The notes under the pieces: generated by a model
Told to the model about the DNA's origin: nothing
What the model saw: the letters and a program-made list of their open reading frames with translations, nothing else
Database searches by the model: none
Program-made: the position numbers and the translations under genes
Assembly (NCBI GenBank): GCA_965249725.1
Contig: CBDFMQ010000002.1
Location: 1,088,001 to 1,152,000 of the forward strand
Source of the DNA: Longimicrobiales bacterium
GTDB lineage: Bacteria; Gemmatimonadota; Gemmatimonadetes; Longimicrobiales; Gaopeijiaceae
Length of the DNA: 64,000 nt
Direction: 5' to 3'
Shown: positions 58,903 through 64,000 of the stretch, in pieces
Position numbering within the stretch: position 1 is the stretch's first letter
Layout: each line of letters begins with the position of its first letter

Positions 58903-60168
58903 TCACCCCACCGGGGTCTTGGGGGCCACCGACTTGAGAATCTCGTTCACGGCGGCCTCGGATTCGCGCTCACCGGCATCGCGTTCGGCGGCTACTCGGG
59001 CAGGAAGCCCGAAGAGCTTGATGAACCCTTCAGCGTCGGCATGGTCGTACGTATCGTCCTCGCCGAACGATGCCAGACCCGCATCGTAGAGCGACATGGG
59101 GCTCCAGCGTGATGCCACGTTGGCACTCCCCTTGTACAGCTTCAGGCGTACGACACCGGTGACTCGCTTCATGAGCACGTTCATGAAGGCGTCGATCGCT
59201 TCGCGCTCCGGGGTCCACCACCAACCCTCGTACACGAGATCCGCGTAACGGGCCGCCAGCTGATCCTTATAGGCCAAGGCGCGCCGATCCAGAGTGAGCT
59301 GCTCGAGTTCCTGGAGCGCCGCATAGAGTAGGGTGCCACCGGGCGTCTCGTAGATGCCCCTGGACTTCATGCCCACCAGCCGGTCTTCGACCAGGTCGAT
59401 GCGCCCGACGCCGTGTCGAGCGCCGATCTGGTTCAGCGCCTCGAGAAGGCTCAGCGAATCCATCACCTCACCGTTGACCGAAACCGGAACGCCTTCCTCG
59501 AAGGCGATTTCCACGTGCTCCGGGGTGTTTGGCGCCAGCTCGGGAGACAGCGTCCAGAGATAGATGGACTCGTCTGGCTCATAGGCGGGATCCTCGAGGG
59601 GCCCACCCTCATGGGAAACGTGCCAGAGGTTCTCGTCTCGAGAGAAGAGCTTGCCCTCATCGACCCCGTCCATGGGGATCTTGCGAACCCGCGCGTACTC
59701 GAACGCCTCTTCGCGCGAGTGTAGATCCCACTCACGCCATGGGGCGATCACCCTCAGGTCCGGCGCGAGTGCGGTGAACGTGAGCTCGAAGCGGACTTGA
59801 TCGTTACCCTTCCCCGTGCATCCGTGGGCCAGAGCGTCCGCTCCGACCTCACGAGCGATCTCCACCATGCGCCGACCGATGATCGGCCGTGCCATGGACG
59901 TGCCGAGTAGGTACTTGCGGCCATAGACCGCTCCGGATCGGAGCGTGGGCCAGACGAAGTCCTCGACGAAGGTCTGCCGGAGATCCTCACCAAAGAACTG
60001 GGAGGCACCGGTGGCCTTGGCCTTCTCGGCCAGGCCATTGAGGCCACCCTGCTGGCCGACATCGGCGGCCACACAGATCACCTCTGCGTCGTAGTTCTCT
60101 CGGAGCCACGGCACGATCACGGAGGTATCCAACCCTCCGGAGTATCCCAGGACGACTTTGAGAGCCAT
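58903..60168 (-). CDS. argG: Argininosuccinate synthase
   Basis: YSGGLDTS, LGTSMARP, HGCTGKGNDQVRFE, SRDENLWH.SHEGG, KSRGIYETPGG. Confidence 0.97.
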   Translation of the reverse strand: MALKVVLGYSGGLDTSVIVPWLRENYDAEVICVAADVGQQGGLNGLAEKAKATGASQFFGEDLRQTFVEDFVWPTLRSGAVYGRKYLLGTSMARPIIGRRMVEIAREVGADALAHGCTGKGNDQVRFELTFTALAPDLRVIAPWREWDLHSREEAFEYARVRKIPMDGVDEGKLFSRDENLWHVSHEGGPLEDPAYEPDESIYLWTLSPELAPNTPEHVEIAFEEGVPVSVNGEVMDSLSLLEALNQIGARHGVGRIDLVEDRLVGMKSRGIYETPGGTLLYAALQELEQLTLDRRALAYKDQLAARYADLVYEGWWWTPEREAIDAFMNVLMKRVTGVVRLKLYKGSANVASRWSPMSLYDAGLASFGEDDTYDHADAEGFIKLFGLPARVAAERDAGERESEAAVNEILKSVAPKTPVG

Positions 60169-60286
60169 CGAAACGTCTCCTTACTTCACTACAGAACAAA
60201 AAAATGCGGGCCGGGAACAGAACCAGCTCTTCCCGCCAAAGCGCTGGTGACGGCGACCGTCTTGACACCACTCCCGTACCCGACAA

Positions 60287-60355
60287 TTCTCACAAATATC
60301 CGACCAGGTCGAATATTTATGTTAGAACAATGGCGTAAAACAAGGAAAATGTCAA
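60287..60355 (-). promoter_or_regulatory. argG promoter TTGACA-17-CATTGT with downstream AT-rich inverted repeat (likely ArgR operator)
   Basis: -35 at 60350-60355, -10 at 60327-60332; AAATATCCGACC-A-GGTCGAATATTT at 60294-60318; adjacent argR. Confidence 0.65.
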
Positions 60356-60418
60356 GTCCGAGTGACTTAATATAAACTTAGGATTTAACAAGGTTCACGT
60401 ACCCCGGGGAGGGGACGT

Positions 60419-60880
60419 TCAGCCGGGATCTCCGCCCGCAATTTCTATCAGTCGATCGCGTATCGCAGGCATATCTTCCCGGTCCCTGAGAACCACGATG
60501 ATCGTGTCCTCACCGGCCACGGTTCCGACCACCTCCGGCCAGTCTTCCCAGTCGATCGCCGTTGCCAGAGCGGCCGCGCCGGACATCAGCGTGCGAATGA
60601 CGACCAGGTTCTCCGTGCCCTCGGCCGACAGGAAGAGAATGGGCAACAGTGACCCGAGCGGAGGCTTGTTCTCCCACGCCTCGGGGAGTCGATAATGCGA
60701 AACGCCCTGGGCGCCTCGCACCTTCACGAGGCGTAGTTCTCTGATGTCTCGAGAAAGGGTGGCCTGTGTGACCCGGATGCCACCCTCTTCTAGGAGCTCA
60801 CGGAGGGCCTCGTGGCTGGTCACCCGGTTCGATTTCACCAGATCGAGGATGACTGCCTGGCGTTCTTGTTTGCTACTCAC
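60419..60880 (-). CDS. argR: Arginine repressor
   Basis: KQERQ..I, VTQATLSRDIREL.LVK, VVGTVAGEDT. Confidence 0.95.
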   Translation of the reverse strand: MSSKQERQAVILDLVKSNRVTSHEALRELLEEGGIRVTQATLSRDIRELRLVKVRGAQGVSHYRLPEAWENKPPLGSLLPILFLSAEGTENLVVIRTLMSGAAALATAIDWEDWPEVVGTVAGEDTIIVVLRDREDMPAIRDRLIEIAGGDPG

Positions 60881-61337
60881 TGTTCGACACCGTTCCGACG
60901 GCCTGCTCAACCATCTCTCGAATCTTCTCGGGCTCGAATCCGACGCTCCTCGCCATCTCTTCTCCCCGCTTGAAGAGGATCAAGGTTGGCACCCCTCGTA
61001 TTCCGAGACGCTGAACGATGTCCTGCGCCCGATCCGAGTCCACCTTGGCAACCAGCAGTTCACCAGTGTGCTCACCGGCGATCTCGTCCACCAGGGGGGC
61101 CACGAGTTTGCAGGGCCCGCACCAGTCGGCATAGAAGTCGACGAGAACGGGCACGCTCGCCTGCAGAATCGTACGGTCGAAGTCCTCTGCCGTCACTTTC
61201 ACCGGCCGATCCAGGAGCATGGGCTTGCCACAGTCACCACAGGCCGGCCGATCGGAGGCTCGCGCAAACGTGACGTTGTTCAGCGTCAGGCAGAATGGAC
61301 AGCGGAGTGTCACCTGCTCTTCCGAATTGTCACTCAC
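60873..61337 (-). CDS. trxC: Thioredoxin 2 (zinc-finger type)
   Basis: CPFC...CGDC N-terminal zinc finger and WCGPC active site. Confidence 0.92.
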   Translation of the reverse strand: MSDNSEEQVTLRCPFCLTLNNVTFARASDRPACGDCGKPMLLDRPVKVTAEDFDRTILQASVPVLVDFYADWCGPCKLVAPLVDEIAGEHTGELLVAKVDSDRAQDIVQRLGIRGVPTLILFKRGEEMARSVGFEPEKIREMVEQAVGTVSNSE

Positions 61338-61480
61338 GCCCTACCTCCTGTCGGGTTGGGAGACCGACCGCACGGAGGGCTGTCTCGTTCCTCCCGACAA
61401 CGCCATGCGGGGCCCAGGGACGATCCCCCGAGCCCCGCACCTAGCCACCATCGACCGAGACTGCTGATGCGGCCGAATCC

Positions 61481-64000
61481 CTAGAACAGATCGTATTTGA
61501 CCTGCGCCATGATGAACCGCCCGATCTCCGGCACGCCGACGAAGCTCCGGTACGGCTCGTTGAACAGATTGGATACCGTCACTTGGAGTGTGGCCCGAGT
61601 GGTCGGGACCTTGTACCCGGCGGTGAGGTCGACCAGCGTAAACCCGGCGACACATTCTTCCTCGAAGAGGATGTCCGCTCTTGGACCCGTCTCGCAGCTC
61701 GTGCCCGTAAAGCCGGCGGACTCCGCCGGGAATTCCGCATTCGCACGGACTCGGGCCTCGGCATTGATGCCTGAGCGCGCGTTCCGGTACGCCAAGCCCA
61801 ATGACCCCTTCAACGCAGGCGCGTTGAGAGCGATAGGTGCGATCGCATTCTCGATCTCGGTCATGTCGAAGTAGTCGTCGCTCACCCACGAACCCGTGGC
61901 CGACAGCGTCCACTCGTCGTTCAGGAACGCCTTCACCGCGAAGTCGGCACCGTACATGTCAAGGTCGCCGGCGTTCACATAGGTGAACAGAAGGTTCGCG
62001 GCGGCGGAATTCACGTTGGAGGCCGAGACGACACCCAGGGGGATCTCCGCCATTCCGGGCACGCCGCCCACGCCATCACCGCCGTCAGCCAGCTGCGTCG
62101 CCTGGGCTACGGCCATCCCCTGCGCCGTGGCCTCATCGAGCAAGCCTCCGGACTGGGCTATGATCGCCTGGGTCAGCGGTCCCACCAGGAATCCTACCAT
62201 GGACGCCCCATCGAGGAGCAGGAGGGGCGTCCGGACCACTAAGGGCGATACGAAGTTTTCCTTCTTGGAGTACCAGACATCAGCCGCCACCAGGATCTTG
62301 TTGTTGATGAGGCCCTGATACCCTATCTCGAACGTCGAGGTGGTGCTCTCCTTGAGCTTCCCGACGTTCGACACGGAACCGGCGGTGAGTGGAGCCACCG
62401 CACCCGTGCTCGCATCCAGATAGTTGAGTCCGATATCCGAGCTGGTCGGACTCAAGCTTCCGAGAAGGCCGGCCGTGGCGGCGTCAATGGCTCCCTGTCC
62501 GGCCAGCACTCCCACGCCCAGCTGCCAAAGGGTGGCCGCGTCGGCCGGGAGAATCTGGCCCGGGCCACCCGGGTTGAACGGCGAGCGTATGCCGACCAAG
62601 CTTCCGTCAGGATTCACGAAAGTGAAGCCCGCGTTGGGTCCTTGAGCACGCACACGGTACCCGAGGGGTCCCAGCGCGCCGGCCGAACCACCAGAAATGT
62701 CCAGGAAGAGGTTCAGCGTACTGGGTGTCGAGAAGGCCCGATTGTAGGTGAAGCGGATGCTGTGATTCTCTTTGGGCTCGAAGACGATGGCCGCGCGGGG
62801 CGAGAAAACGTTGTCCTCGAGCTCGGAGTGCGTGTCGACCCGGCCTGCGAGGATCAGGTCCACCTTGTCGGAGAGCTCCGTCTTGTTCTGCACGTAAGCG
62901 CCCCACTCGGTGATGTTGTCGATGTCCTCGTTGATCCCGTTGATGGTCCCTTCGGTGCGTGGGTCGGTCTTGAAGTAGTCGATTCCGTAGGTGAAGTCAT
63001 ACTTACCGTCCGCCAAGGCCGTACCGTGTTGGATCTGACTGACGAACAGGCGGGACTTGTCCACGAGGGGAGCGCCGTCTCTGAGCAGGAAGCTGTTCGG
63101 ACCCGCGTCACTGGTGTTCAGGTACACCTGGGCGAAGAGACGATCCTTGTTCAGGCGCGTCTGGAAATACTGGTACTTCCAGTCCTCGACCTGGCCCGCT
63201 CCCAACCCGGTGAGCTCGATACCCGTCGCGTTGGTCAGCCCGTAGTTGAAGCTGAGGCGCCCGTCTTCCACAAACGCCCAGTCGGCCCGAGCGTCGACCG
63301 ATTGGCGTGAGAAGTCGTAGTCACGATTGCCGATGTTGACGAGTGCTTGGTCTGCCTCGGACTGAGTCAGACCCCGTGCCAGCCTCTCGGCAACGAACGC
63401 TGCGGGATCGGCATTGGCCGCTGCCCGCTGAGCCTGCTCCTCCGGATCGACGAAGATCCACTCGTTTCCGTCGATGGCCTGCCCTGAGATCTTGAACGCG
63501 AAGTTGTCCGAGAGCCTATGTGCCGTGCGGAAGGAGCCCTGGAGCACTTCTTTCCTGGGTCCGGAACCCAAAGTAACCGTGGTCCCCTCACTGGTGAGCG
63601 GAGACTTCGTCATCATGTGGAGGACGCCGTTCGCCGTCTGAGGACCGTACAGGGCCGAACCGGGCCCGAGCACCACCTCGATCCGCTCCAGGTCGTCATT
63701 GGTGATCGGGACGAAGTGGAGGAGGTTGACCCGCAGGGACGGTACGCCGGCGAGCCGGTTGTCCGTAAGCGCGTGGAGGGCGCCCGAGAAGATGTTGTTG
63801 AAGCCCCGGATCACCACGTTGCTGGACTGCGTCCCGTGCGAGATGACGTCCACACCCGGCACCGCCTTCATGTGGTCCACGAGGGTTACCGCTGGTCGCT
63901 CCTCGATCTCGATCTCACTGACGACATGCGTCGTGGCGGGAGCCTGGGTGTTCTTCTCCGCCTGGCGAGACGCCGTTACCACGATGGCGTTGAGCTCCAG
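61481..64000 (-). CDS. TonB-dependent receptor (5' end beyond the window)
   Basis: IVVTASR TonB-box/plug, IRGFN, IEVVLGPGSALYG..TANGV, C-terminal VKYDLF. Confidence 0.92.
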   Translation of the reverse strand: MELNAIVVTASRQAEKNTQAPATTHVVSEIEIEERPAVTLVDHMKAVPGVDVISHGTQSSNVVIRGFNNIFSGALHALTDNRLAGVPSLRVNLLHFVPITNDDLERIEVVLGPGSALYGPQTANGVLHMMTKSPLTSEGTTVTLGSGPRKEVLQGSFRTAHRLSDNFAFKISGQAIDGNEWIFVDPEEQAQRAAANADPAAFVAERLARGLTQSEADQALVNIGNRDYDFSRQSVDARADWAFVEDGRLSFNYGLTNATGIELTGLGAGQVEDWKYQYFQTRLNKDRLFAQVYLNTSDAGPNSFLLRDGAPLVDKSRLFVSQIQHGTALADGKYDFTYGIDYFKTDPRTEGTINGINEDIDNITEWGAYVQNKTELSDKVDLILAGRVDTHSELEDNVFSPRAAIVFEPKENHSIRFTYNRAFSTPSTLNLFLDISGGSAGALGPLGYRVRAQGPNAGFTFVNPDGSLVGIRSPFNPGGPGQILPADAATLWQLGVGVLAGQGAIDAATAGLLGSLSPTSSDIGLNYLDASTGAVAPLTAGSVSNVGKLKESTTSTFEIGYQGLINNKILVAADVWYSKKENFVSPLVVRTPLLLLDGASMVGFLVGPLTQAIIAQSGGLLDEATAQGMAVAQATQLADGGDGVGGVPGMAEIPLGVVSASNVNSAAANLLFTYVNAGDLDMYGADFAVKAFLNDEWTLSATGSWVSDDYFDMTEIENAIAPIALNAPALKGSLGLAYRNARSGINAEARVRANAEFPAESAGFTGTSCETGPRADILFEEECVAGFTLVDLTAGYKVPTTRATLQVTVSNLFNEPYRSFVGVPEIGRFIMAQVKYDLF

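Overview
GC-rich bacterial chromosome segment made almost entirely of core housekeeping genes, mostly on the minus strand. Gene content and order suggest Gemmatimonadota, but that is inference. In coordinate order: a partial secreted protein, selB, recO, a membrane protein, a DUF151 nuclease, metK, a complete mannose-family PTS with HPr/EI/HprK, hpf, a glycosyltransferase, nusB and the ribH/ribBA/ribE/ribD block, purM, a PfkB kinase, argS, an acyl-CoA carboxylase/methylmalonyl-CoA mutase cluster, an LpoA-like lipoprotein, rpsA-cmk-aroA-tyrA-rnz, a TonB receptor facing a Tat-exported PLP enzyme plus thioredoxin, nadC-nadA, an aldo-keto reductase, an AHL-lactonase-like gene, tRNA-Leu(TAA), PAP2, trmH, a TIGR01777 oxidoreductase, a hybrid kinase/receiver/Hpt phosphorelay, rpe-rpiA-class I aldolase, argH-argG-argR, trxC and a partial TonB receptor. 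No integrase, transposase, CRISPR array or defence system was seen. Most notable: (1) an intact Phe/Tyr leader-peptide attenuator controlling a 66-aa mini DAHP-synthase remnant that lacks the catalytic barrel; (2) an Hpt gene frameshifted in a G9 tract; (3) a probable ATT-initiated exported protein in frame with the upstream UGA; (4) a duplicated rpsA terminator that also encodes a lipoprotein signal peptide; (5) structured leaders before nadA, rpsA and argG; (6) many short tandem duplications at gene ends. Start codons were refined by eye and no database searches were run.
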